Origin: an uncultured Aliarcobacter sp.
GTDB taxonomy: Bacteria; Campylobacterota; Campylobacteria; Campylobacterales; Arcobacteraceae
Reading direction: 5' to 3'
DNA: 64,000 bases
NCBI GenBank assembly: GCA_963677435.1
Contig: OY781945.1
Coordinates: 640,001 to 704,000, forward strand
Each line of letters opens with the position of its first letter. The first letter of the stretch is position 1. A program made the position numbers and the translations under genes. Below are positions 55,483 to 64,000 of this stretch, one piece after another. The notes beneath the pieces were generated by a model that saw nothing but the letters and a program-made list of their open reading frames with translations, did no database searches and was not told the origin of the DNA.

Positions 55483-55654
55483 ATTTGGCTTCCTTTTTTT
55501 AAATTTAGAATTCTTGGATTATATTACCAAGTTACTTAAAAAGAATTGACTTTGTGGATATATTGAATATTTTTAAGAGATTTTTGAGAAGGAATTACAC
55601 AGTGTATATTTTTTATATAGGTTTTTAAATTTATAAAATAATTATTAGAGAATC

Positions 55655-57136
55655 TTATGATTCTCTAATAAACTTTACAATTTCAGTTTCAATATTATGT
55701 TTTTCTATTACAGAAGAATGATTTATTTTTGCATTAAATAACTCTTTTATACTTTCAACCAATGTTGCTTGGTATTTTGTTGAAATTTCTTCTAAGGCCT
55801 CTTTATCAGAGTATTTGTTATTGTCTTGTTTTAATGCATTTAATACTGTTGGTGAGAATTTTGTCCATTCAGCAGTTGAATAAATAACTGTTTTTAATGG
55901 TTTTTCTCTTAAGTCATTATAAGCTTTAATACAAGTTGCAGTATGTGGATCCATTAAGTAGCCAATGTCAAGAAACTCTTTTATTGTTTTAGTACCAAAA
56001 GTATCATTTGAATCAATAGCTGAAAAATATTTTTTTATAGTTTCTGTTTCTATTTTACTCATCTCAAAAATATTATTCTTATTTAAATTTTCCATTAACT
56101 CTTTTGTTCGTTCTGCTCCAAAGAATGAATATATAACTCTTTCAATATTTGAAGATTTTAAAATATCCATAGCAGGTGATTTTGTAAGTTTTAACTCTTT
56201 ACCTCTAATATCATAAACTCCTGTATTAATCCATTGAGTTAAAATATTATTTTCATTAGATGCTACTAAAAGTTTTTCAATTGGAACTCCCATTTGAAGT
56301 GCATAAAATCCACCTAAAACATTTCCAAAGTTTCCAGATGGAACAACTAAATAAATCTTCTCTGCAAATGTAATCTCCTCTTGTTTTAAAAGTTGGATAT
56401 ATGACCAAAAATGATAAATGATTTGGAAAATAATTCTTCCAAAATTTACAGAATTTGCAGCACTAAGTTTAATATTGTCTTTTTCTAATTCATCTTTAAA
56501 AGTTTTAGAAGCCAAAAGTGTTTTTAGTGCATTTTGTGCATCATCAAAATTTCCTTTTATTCCTAAAACTTTTAGGTTTTTTCCATTTTCACAAACCATT
56601 TGAAGTCTTTGAACATCACTTGTTCCACCATCTGGATATAAACAAACTACTTGAATATTTTCTTTGTTTTTAAAAGTATTAAGAGCTGCTGGCCCTGTAT
56701 CTCCACTAGTTGCAGCAAGGATTAAATATTTTTCATCTCTTTTTTTTGCAATTGATGAAAGAATTGAACCAAAAGGTTGTAGTGCCATATCTTTAAAAGC
56801 CCTTGTTGGACCATGATATTGTTCATGTACAAATAAATCATCTTTAACTTTTACAACTGGACAAGGATTTGAAGCATCATCAAAATTGTCATATAAAGCT
56901 AAGGCTTTATTTATTTCATTTTCATCAATGTCAATTTCAAATGCTTTTAATATGTCAAAAGCAAGTTCTTTATAAGAAGAGTTAATATGATTTAAAATAA
57001 AGTTATCTTCTAATTTTGGTAAACTTTTTGGTACATATAATCCACCAAATGATGTACTTGGATTTAGTATTGCTTCACTAAATGGTACTTCAATTGGTTT
57101 AATACCATCATTTCCTCTTGTTTCAATAAAATTCAT
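55655..57136 (-). CDS. thrC: Threonine synthase
   Basis: HGPTRAFKDMAL, ATSGDTG, ANSVNFGR, VPSGNFGN, DPHTA. Confidence 0.96.
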   Translation of the reverse strand: MNFIETRGNDGIKPIEVPFSEAILNPSTSFGGLYVPKSLPKLEDNFILNHINSSYKELAFDILKAFEIDIDENEINKALALYDNFDDASNPCPVVKVKDDLFVHEQYHGPTRAFKDMALQPFGSILSSIAKKRDEKYLILAATSGDTGPAALNTFKNKENIQVVCLYPDGGTSDVQRLQMVCENGKNLKVLGIKGNFDDAQNALKTLLASKTFKDELEKDNIKLSAANSVNFGRIIFQIIYHFWSYIQLLKQEEITFAEKIYLVVPSGNFGNVLGGFYALQMGVPIEKLLVASNENNILTQWINTGVYDIRGKELKLTKSPAMDILKSSNIERVIYSFFGAERTKELMENLNKNNIFEMSKIETETIKKYFSAIDSNDTFGTKTIKEFLDIGYLMDPHTATCIKAYNDLREKPLKTVIYSTAEWTKFSPTVLNALKQDNNKYSDKEALEEISTKYQATLVESIKELFNAKINHSSVIEKHNIETEIVKFIRES

Positions 57137-57147
57137 AATATTCCTTC

Positions 57148-58047
57148 TTAATCGTTTAGTAATTTTTCCATATCAATCCCATTATTTGGATTGTCTTTTC
57201 TTACGAATTGTGTCCCAATTCCATCACTTGTAAATAACTCAAGTAAAATTGAGTGTTCAACTCGTCCATCTATTATGTGAGCTTTATTTACACCATTATA
57301 AATTGCATCAATACACGAATCAACTTTTGGAATCATGCCACCTGCAATTGTTCCATCTAGTTTATATCTTTCAACATCATCCTTATCTAAAGATGTTATT
57401 AGTTCTTTATTTTTATCTAAAACACCAATAGTGTCAGTTAAAAATAGTACTTTTTGTGCTCCAATTGCAGCTGCAATTTCACAAGCTGCAACATCAGCAT
57501 TTATATTAAATCCTGGATGATTTGGTTCAGCACTATCAGCAATTGGGGCAATTACAGGAATGAAACCTTCTTTGATAAGATTATTAATCATAGTTCCATT
57601 TACTTTTGTAATCTCACCTGTGTAACCAAATCTTCCTCCATCTTTTGGAACAGCATTTATTAAAGCTGAATCTTTTCCTGAAATTCCAATAGCTTTTGCT
57701 CCATGATGATTTAATAAAGATGTAATATTTTTATTGATTTCACCACTTAAAACCATTTCGACAACTCTCATACTATCTTCACAAGTAACCCTGTGTCCAT
57801 CAACAAAGTGTGAAGGAATTTCTAATTTAGTTAATAATTCAGTAATTCTAGCCCCACCACCGTGAACAATTACAGGTTTTATTCCTAAAAGTGAAAGAAA
57901 AACAATATCTTGAGCAAATTTTTCTTTTAAATCAGGGCTTGTTTGTGCTGAGCCACCATATTTAATAACAATAACTTTTCCGAAAAATTTTTTAATATAT
58001 GGTATTGCATCAAGTAGAGTTTGAACTTTTTGATGTTTATTTTGCAT
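57148..58047 (-). CDS. argB: Acetylglutamate kinase
   Basis: VIKYGG, VHGGG, NINAD, GGMIPK, HIIDGR; start moved to MQNKHQKV (58047, AGGA RBS) to avoid overlap with addA. Confidence 0.95.
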   Translation of the reverse strand: MQNKHQKVQTLLDAIPYIKKFFGKVIVIKYGGSAQTSPDLKEKFAQDIVFLSLLGIKPVIVHGGGARITELLTKLEIPSHFVDGHRVTCEDSMRVVEMVLSGEINKNITSLLNHHGAKAIGISGKDSALINAVPKDGGRFGYTGEITKVNGTMINNLIKEGFIPVIAPIADSAEPNHPGFNINADVAACEIAAAIGAQKVLFLTDTIGVLDKNKELITSLDKDDVERYKLDGTIAGGMIPKVDSCIDAIYNGVNKAHIIDGRVEHSILLELFTSDGIGTQFVRKDNPNNGIDMEKLLND

Positions 58048-58127
58048 ATCTATAATCCTAAGTGATTTTTGAGTGCTGATTATATCTAAAAGAATCTTAT
58101 TAATAAAAGATTTAGTATCATTAGGCC

Positions 58128-60860
58128 ATGAAAAAATACTTAGCCCTAAAAGCCAGCGCAGGAAGTGGAAAGACTTTTGCCTTAACTGTTCGATATATAA
58201 CACTAATGTTACTTGGTGCAAAACCAAATGAAATTTTAACTCTTACATTTACAAATAAAGCTGCAAATGAAATGAGTGAGCGAATTTATAAAACTCTTTT
58301 AACTTTAGGTGATGATGAAGCATATTTAAGTGCAATTGTTGAACAATCAAGTTTAACAAAACAAGATATTCTTGGTAAAAAAAGTTTTTTAATTAAATCA
58401 TTTTCAAATGCAACTTTATCTATTTTTACAATTGATAAATTTATAAATAAAATCTTACGAGAATTTTGTGGATATATTGGAATATCAGATGATTTTGAGA
58501 TAAAAGTTGATGATATTGAAGCTTTAAGTATGAAGTTTTTACAATCATTAAATGCAACTCAATTTGAAACTTTGATTGATTTTTCCCACTACGAAAAAAA
58601 GAAATTTAATTCAATTTTTGAATTATTCAAAAACCTACTTGAAAAAAATGAAACAGTTGATATTTTAAATATTGATGCAAAACTTATTGATTTACAAAAA
58701 CAAAATGTTTTAGAGTTTGCTTTTAAAATAAAAGAGCAAATTTTAAATTGTAATGGTGCAAGTGCCAGTGCAATTAAAGCTGTTGATTTTGAAACTTTTG
58801 ATGAATTATTTGGAAGAACTTGGCTTGAAAAAGATACCTTAGCTGATTATTCATATTTTAAAAAATGTGCAAATGAGACAATAGAATCATATTTTTCTAA
58901 TTTAAAAGATGAAATAGCGATTTATTATAAATTACGAGCTGGATATAGTTTGAGTAAATTATTTGAGCTTTATTTGATGTTTAAAGATTTTAAATTTACT
59001 TTTAACAAAAATAAAAACTATTTAGAATTTAATGACATTTCAAATTTAGTTTATGAATTGCTATCTACAAAAATTGATAAAGATTTTTTATATTTTAGAC
59101 TTGATTCATCTTTTTCACATATTTTGATGGATGAGTTTCAAGATACTTCACTTTTACAATATAAAATCTTAGAGCCATTAATAAAAGAGATACTTGCAGG
59201 TGATCAAACTAAATTCAAAACATTTTTTTATGTGGGAGACACAAAACAATCAATTTATAGGTTTCGTGGGGGGAAAAGAGAACTTTTTGATTATGTAGCA
59301 AATACAAATAAACTACTTGAAGTTGAAGTATTAAATACAAATTATCGCTCGTGCGAAAATATAATCTCTTATGTAAATTCTTTATTTTTAAATATTCCAA
59401 ATTATGAATATTTTGAGCAAGAGTCAGTTACGAAAGGTGGATATATTGAAGTTATTGTTGATGAAAAACTTGATGAAGATGATAAATATGAAAATATCGC
59501 TTCAAAAATTGCTCAGCTTTTAAAAGAGGGTGTAAACTCAAATGATATTGCAATCTTAACTTATACAAACGATGATGTTTTAAATCTATATTATTATTTA
59601 AAACAAAAATTCCCATCTTTGAAAATATCAACAGAGATGACTTCAAAACTTATAAATCAGCAAAATGTAAAAGCCATAATTAATGCAATTAAATATCTTT
59701 ATTTTAAAGAAGAGATTTACAAAGAGAATCTAAATGCACTAATAGGAAAGCCAATATTAAATGAGCTTGATTTAGCAATAGAATTGGAAGAAAAATCAAT
59801 TCAAGAAGTTATAAAAGAGTTAGCAAGTAAACTAAAAATCATTGATGAAAATATAATTAAGCTAATTGAAGTTAGTTCAGTTTTTTCTAATATTGTTGAT
59901 TTTGTATATGAAATTGATAAATTAGATTCTAATATGGAAAACTCTGAATCAGTTGGGCTTCAAATTTTAACTATTTTTAAATCAAAAGGTTTAGAGTTTA
60001 ATACTGTAATTATGCTTGATAGAATTAAAAGAAAGAATGTAGATAAATCTTCACTTTTATTTGAGTATGAAAGTGTGCAATTAAAAAATATTTTTTATAA
60101 AATCAAAGGTTATGAAAACTATAACAAAGATTATGAAAAAGCACTCTCAAAAGAGAAAGCTTTGAGTATTGAAGATGAGATAAATATTTTATATGTGGCA
60201 TTAACCAGAGCTAAAAATAATATGATTATTTTCAAAAAAGCAAAATCTTCAGTTTTTGATGTTTTAAATATGAAACCTACACAAATTGGAACTATTATTC
60301 AAAGTCAAAATATTTCGAAAAACTATGAAAAAATAGAAAAAGTTTTATATGTGCCAATGGATTTAGGAACTCAAGAAAAACAGATTTCTAAAGAAAAAGA
60401 GTTTGATGAAAATCATCTAAAAGCCAAATATTTTGGACTTGCAACTCACTATTGTCTTGAAATGATGAATGAATTTAATAGTGATAACTTGTTATATTCT
60501 TTAAATTTAGCAAAAACTAGATATTCAAACTTTTTAGATGAGATAGACTTTCTTGATATAAAAAATAGATTGTCTTTATTGGTAAAAAATGAGCAATTTC
60601 TTTCACTTATTAAAGATAGTGAGTTTATAACGGAACAATCTTTAGTTTATAAAGAGGAGATAAAAATTATTGATTTACTTCTTTTCAAAGATGGAAACTA
60701 TTATATTATTGATTATAAAACTACAAAAGATAGACATGTTGAGCATATAGCACAAGTTGCCTTTTACAAAAAAGCTATAAAAGATATTTTTCAAACACAA
60801 AATGTTTTTTCTTATTTGCTTTATTTGCAATCAAATGAAGTGCTGATTAGTGAAGTTTAA
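58128..60860 (+). CDS. addA: AddA subunit (RecB-like helicase-nuclease)
   Basis: ASAGSGKT, TFTNKAA, DEFQDTS, VGDTKQSIYRFRG, NYRS, KSKGLEF, YVALTRA, C-terminal IIDYKT nuclease. Confidence 0.92.
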   Translation: MKKYLALKASAGSGKTFALTVRYITLMLLGAKPNEILTLTFTNKAANEMSERIYKTLLTLGDDEAYLSAIVEQSSLTKQDILGKKSFLIKSFSNATLSIFTIDKFINKILREFCGYIGISDDFEIKVDDIEALSMKFLQSLNATQFETLIDFSHYEKKKFNSIFELFKNLLEKNETVDILNIDAKLIDLQKQNVLEFAFKIKEQILNCNGASASAIKAVDFETFDELFGRTWLEKDTLADYSYFKKCANETIESYFSNLKDEIAIYYKLRAGYSLSKLFELYLMFKDFKFTFNKNKNYLEFNDISNLVYELLSTKIDKDFLYFRLDSSFSHILMDEFQDTSLLQYKILEPLIKEILAGDQTKFKTFFYVGDTKQSIYRFRGGKRELFDYVANTNKLLEVEVLNTNYRSCENIISYVNSLFLNIPNYEYFEQESVTKGGYIEVIVDEKLDEDDKYENIASKIAQLLKEGVNSNDIAILTYTNDDVLNLYYYLKQKFPSLKISTEMTSKLINQQNVKAIINAIKYLYFKEEIYKENLNALIGKPILNELDLAIELEEKSIQEVIKELASKLKIIDENIIKLIEVSSVFSNIVDFVYEIDKLDSNMENSESVGLQILTIFKSKGLEFNTVIMLDRIKRKNVDKSSLLFEYESVQLKNIFYKIKGYENYNKDYEKALSKEKALSIEDEINILYVALTRAKNNMIIFKKAKSSVFDVLNMKPTQIGTIIQSQNISKNYEKIEKVLYVPMDLGTQEKQISKEKEFDENHLKAKYFGLATHYCLEMMNEFNSDNLLYSLNLAKTRYSNFLDEIDFLDIKNRLSLLVKNEQFLSLIKDSEFITEQSLVYKEEIKIIDLLLFKDGNYYIIDYKTTKDRHVEHIAQVAFYKKAIKDIFQTQNVFSYLLYLQSNEVLISEV

Positions 60861-61426
60861 ACAAAATATCTAATTGAAGCAAAACCATAGGCTTTTGTTT
60901 CAGATATTTGTTCTATTTGGTTTTCATTTATAATTCCACCAAGAGCAAAGATATTTATATTTTTAAAAGCATTTACAGCCTTTTTTAAAGTAATTATTCC
61001 TTTTGGTTCACCTTTATTTGGTGTTTCAAAAATAGGTGAAAAAGTAACTGCATCTGCTTTATTATCTAAAGCCATTTGAATATCACTTAAACTATGACAT
61101 GAAATAATTATATATAAACCAAGTTCTTTTGCCTCTTTTATTTTATCAAATTGAGTAGAAGTTAAATGAACACCGTTTGCTTTTAATTCATGTGAAAGAA
61201 AATAATTTCCATTCAAAAGTATTTTTTCAACATTGAATTTTTTGCAAGTTTCAATAAATATCAAAGCTAACTCTTTAAAATTTGAAGACTCTTTATCTCT
61301 AAAACAAGCTAAGTTTATTTTGTGATTTTTCAAAACTTTTGTTAAATTATTTTTGAATGATTCTATATTGTTTGAGTAATATTGTGGATCTGTAATTAGA
61401 TAGCTTTTTAAATTATGATTATTCAT
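60857..61426 (-). CDS. Thiamine-phosphate synthase / TenI-like protein
   Basis: YLITD, FRDK, GVHL, SCH, FSPIF.TPNK, FALGGI. Confidence 0.8.
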   Translation of the reverse strand: MNNHNLKSYLITDPQYYSNNIESFKNNLTKVLKNHKINLACFRDKESSNFKELALIFIETCKKFNVEKILLNGNYFLSHELKANGVHLTSTQFDKIKEAKELGLYIIISCHSLSDIQMALDNKADAVTFSPIFETPNKGEPKGIITLKKAVNAFKNINIFALGGIINENQIEQISETKAYGFASIRYFV

Positions 61427-61456
61427 AATAGAAGAATTCCTTATTTAAAGATATAA

Positions 61457-61490
61457 AAAAAGGGAATAAGTAAAAACTTATTCCCTTTTT
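61457..61490 (-). terminator. Intrinsic terminator after atpB
   Basis: AAAAAGGGAATAAGT-aaaa-ACTTATTCCCTTTTT. Confidence 0.88.
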
Positions 61491-61508
61491 AATAGAAACT
61501 AAATTAAA

Positions 61509-62195
61509 TTAGTGTTCTTCGTGTTCCATCATAACAGAACCAGCAATATAAACATAAGTTAATATACTGAAAATAAACGCTTGTAAGAAACCAAACGCTG
61601 TTAATAAGAAAAATCCTGGTAATGGTAATAACCAAGGTACTAACATTAAAAGTACCATAAGGAACATATCATCACCTCTGATTGATCCAAAAAGTCTGAA
61701 TGATAATGAAATAATTCTTGATAAATGAGAAATAATTTCAATAGGGAACATTAAAGGAGCAAGAATAGCCATTGGTCCCATAAAATGTTTAAAATAAGCT
61801 ACAAAACCATTTTTCTTAATACCAACATAATTGTAATAAACAAATACAATTAATGCTAATGATAAAGTAAAGTTAATGTTACTTGTTGGAGCTTCAAATC
61901 CAGGAATAACTCCCATCATGTTACTTACGAAAATAACAATAGCTAAAGATGCAATTAATGGCATATATGTTCTAGCATTTTGCTCACCCATTGTATCTGT
62001 TCCCATTTTGATGATACCACCAATAAATGTTTCCATTACATTTTGTGCACCAGTTGGAACTAATTGCATTTTTCTTGTCGCAGCTCTTGCAATTAAAAAA
62101 ATAATACCAAGCACTAAAATATAGTGCGATAAGATGATCCACTCTTGACCGTGCCCACCAATTAGACCCAAGAATGTAAACAGTCTTCCTTCCAT
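61509..62195 (-). CDS. atpB: F0F1 ATP synthase subunit a (stand-alone)
   Basis: PTGAQNVME, APTSNIN, EIISHLSRIISLSFRLFG, LQAFIF..LT.VY. Confidence 0.96.
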   Translation of the reverse strand: MEGRLFTFLGLIGGHGQEWIILSHYILVLGIIFLIARAATRKMQLVPTGAQNVMETFIGGIIKMGTDTMGEQNARTYMPLIASLAIVIFVSNMMGVIPGFEAPTSNINFTLSLALIVFVYYNYVGIKKNGFVAYFKHFMGPMAILAPLMFPIEIISHLSRIISLSFRLFGSIRGDDMFLMVLLMLVPWLLPLPGFFLLTAFGFLQAFIFSILTYVYIAGSVMMEHEEH

Positions 62196-62286
62196 GTTCT
62201 TCCTTTGTTTTGTTCTACTACATACTAAATTATGCCTGCATTATAATATTTATTTTCTAAAATCTTTCTAAAGATAATAAATTAAC

Positions 62287-63507
62287 TTAGATTTGCTTAA
62301 ATCTATAACCACTTTGTTTCAAATTTTCCCTTATTAGTTCTTGGTGTTCTTCACCTTTTGTTTCAAGGGCAATTGTTACATGTGCTTCACCAAAGTCCAG
62401 TTTTACCGACTTTCTGTCATAATCTATTTGTACAATGTTTGCCGAACTTTTTGTGAAAACTTCTGTTAAGTGCATTAATGCACCTGGTTTATCCATAAGT
62501 GTTACGATTAGATTCATTTTTCTATTTGATTTTACTAAACCTTTTTCTATAATCAAAGATAACATAGTAACATCAATATTTCCACCACTTACGATTGCAC
62601 AAACTTTTGAATTTTTAACATCAATTTTTTTATGCATAAGTGCAGCAGTAGCAACTGCACCTGCACCTTCAACAACAAGTTTGTGTTTTTCTAATAAAAA
62701 TAAAATTGCATTTGCAGTTTCATTATCTGTAACTTCAACTACTTCATCAACATAATCTAAAATAATATCAAGTAGTTTTGGTGTTACATCTCGAACTGCA
62801 ATCCCGTCTGCAATTGTTCTTACTGATACTGAATCAATTGGCATTCTAGCTTCGAATGAATCTTTCATTCCCCTTGCTCCACTAGCAACTACTCCTACAA
62901 TTCTAATATTAGGATTTATAGTTTTTGCAGCAATTGCAATTCCAGAGATTAAACCACCTCCACCTATTGGGACAATAATTTGCTCTATGTCTGCTATCTC
63001 ATCTAAAATTTCTAAAGTTATTGTTCCTTGTCCAGCAATTACAGCATCATCTGCAAAGGGATGAATGAACTCTTTTTTATTTTCAGTTGCAAATTTTGTT
63101 GCAGCTTGATAAGCTTCATCAAAATTTTCACCAATTAAAACAACTTCCGCACCATAAGATTTAACACCAGATACTTTTGTAAGAGGAGTTGCTTCTGGCA
63201 TAAATATTGTAGCTTCACATCCAAAGTATTGTGCTGCAAAAGCCAAACCTTGTGCATGGTTTCCAGCACTTGCTGCAACTACACCTGCATCTTTTTGCTC
63301 TTTATTTAAAGAGGCAACTTTATTAAATGCACCTCTTAATTTAAAACTTCCTGTTAATTGTAGGTTCTCTTTTTTTAAGAAAATTTCTGCATTTAACTCC
63401 TTGCTTAAAATTGGAGCTTTTGCAATTGGAGTATTTATTGCTATATTTTCAATATTTTTTCTTGCTTCTTTTATATTGTTAAGTGTTATCATGATTTCTT
63501 TTCTCAT
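62287..63507 (-). CDS. ilvA: Threonine ammonia-lyase with single ACT domain
   Basis: KENLQLTGSFKLRGA, SAGNHAQG, GGGGLISG, SGGNID, DKPGAL; start may be 63492. Confidence 0.92.
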   Translation of the reverse strand: MRKEIMITLNNIKEARKNIENIAINTPIAKAPILSKELNAEIFLKKENLQLTGSFKLRGAFNKVASLNKEQKDAGVVAASAGNHAQGLAFAAQYFGCEATIFMPEATPLTKVSGVKSYGAEVVLIGENFDEAYQAATKFATENKKEFIHPFADDAVIAGQGTITLEILDEIADIEQIIVPIGGGGLISGIAIAAKTINPNIRIVGVVASGARGMKDSFEARMPIDSVSVRTIADGIAVRDVTPKLLDIILDYVDEVVEVTDNETANAILFLLEKHKLVVEGAGAVATAALMHKKIDVKNSKVCAIVSGGNIDVTMLSLIIEKGLVKSNRKMNLIVTLMDKPGALMHLTEVFTKSSANIVQIDYDRKSVKLDFGEAHVTIALETKGEEHQELIRENLKQSGYRFKQI

Positions 63508-63558
63508 TTTTTTTGTGATGTTATCTAAAAAAAGTTTTAGTATTATTAAAACTTTTTT

Positions 63559-63582
63559 TAAATAGAGCCAAAGCTCTATTTA
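63559..63582 (-). terminator. Hairpin overlapping metE stop
   Basis: TAAATAGAGC-caaa-GCTCTATTTA. Confidence 0.55.
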
Positions 63583-64000
63583 TTTTCTCCTTTTTTTATA
63601 ATTTGTACTGCTTCAACCATGTTTTTTAGACTCTGTTTAACTTCTGGCCATTTTCTTGTTTTTAATCCACAATCTGGATTTATCCATAACTGTTCTTTTG
63701 GTAAAACTTCAAGTAATGATTTTATTTGATTTACCATTTCTTGAACACTTGGAACTCTAGGAGAGTGAATATCATAAATTCCAGGACCAACTTCTTGTTT
63801 ATAAGCTACTTCTTTAAAAATTCTTAAAAGTCTGTTTCCACTTCTTGCTGTTTCAATTGAAATAACATCAGCATCCATAGCTTCAATAGTTTTTATAATA
63901 TCATTAAACTCACTATAACACATATGTGTATGAATTTGCGTATCAATTTTTGAAGTACTCACACTTAATCTAAAGTTTTCAACTGCCCATTGTGCATAAT
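63576..64000 (-). CDS. metE: Cobalamin-independent methionine synthase, C-terminal part (continues past window end)
   Basis: Frame stays open to the window edge (YAQWAVENFRLSVS..); TQIHTHMCYSEF, GPGIYDIHSPR, WINPDCGLKTR. Confidence 0.95.
   Translation of the reverse strand, partial: YAQWAVENFRLSVSTSKIDTQIHTHMCYSEFNDIIKTIEAMDADVISIETARSGNRLLRIFKEVAYKQEVGPGIYDIHSPRVPSVQEMVNQIKSLLEVLPKEQLWINPDCGLKTRKWPEVKQSLKNMVEAVQIIKKGENK

Noticed and set aside
58048..58227. N-terminal 60-aa extension of ArgB in the ORF track
   Set aside because: Overlaps addA head-to-head; homology and an RBS point to the ATG at 58047
59268..59273. Poly-G phase-variation tract in addA
   Set aside because: Only G6, and it encodes the conserved FRGG helicase motif
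63576..63962. 128-aa stand-alone MetE fragment or pseudogene
   Set aside because: The frame stays open to the window edge; it is truncated by the window

Overview
AT-rich chromosomal window from a Campylobacterota bacterium, most likely Arcobacteraceae (Arcobacter/Aliarcobacter-like). This is inferred from gene order and protein style: uvrD-truB-ispE-smpB, ccoNOQP plus DUF4006/FixH/addB, Campylobacter-type MOMP porins, dihaem PetC and a stand-alone atpB. It is almost entirely core genome: translation, respiration (cbb3 oxidase, bc complex), fatty acid, NAD, queuosine and amino-acid synthesis. The only accessory-looking block is a MarR-TolC-FUSC-DUF1656-HlyD efflux operon. I found no rRNA, tRNA, CRISPR array, prophage or transposase, and no clear novel multi-gene system. 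The best leads are small: a 115-bp TATA-flanked palindrome with an ERIC-type core after efp, a GC-rich structured leader on the main porin gene, a porin-cytochrome c-porin triplet, an uncalled 30-aa membrane ORF in the cco operon, a SlyA-like operator on the efflux operon, and a three-hairpin spacer that hides the ispH ribosome-binding site. All calls are by-eye recognition; no searches were run.
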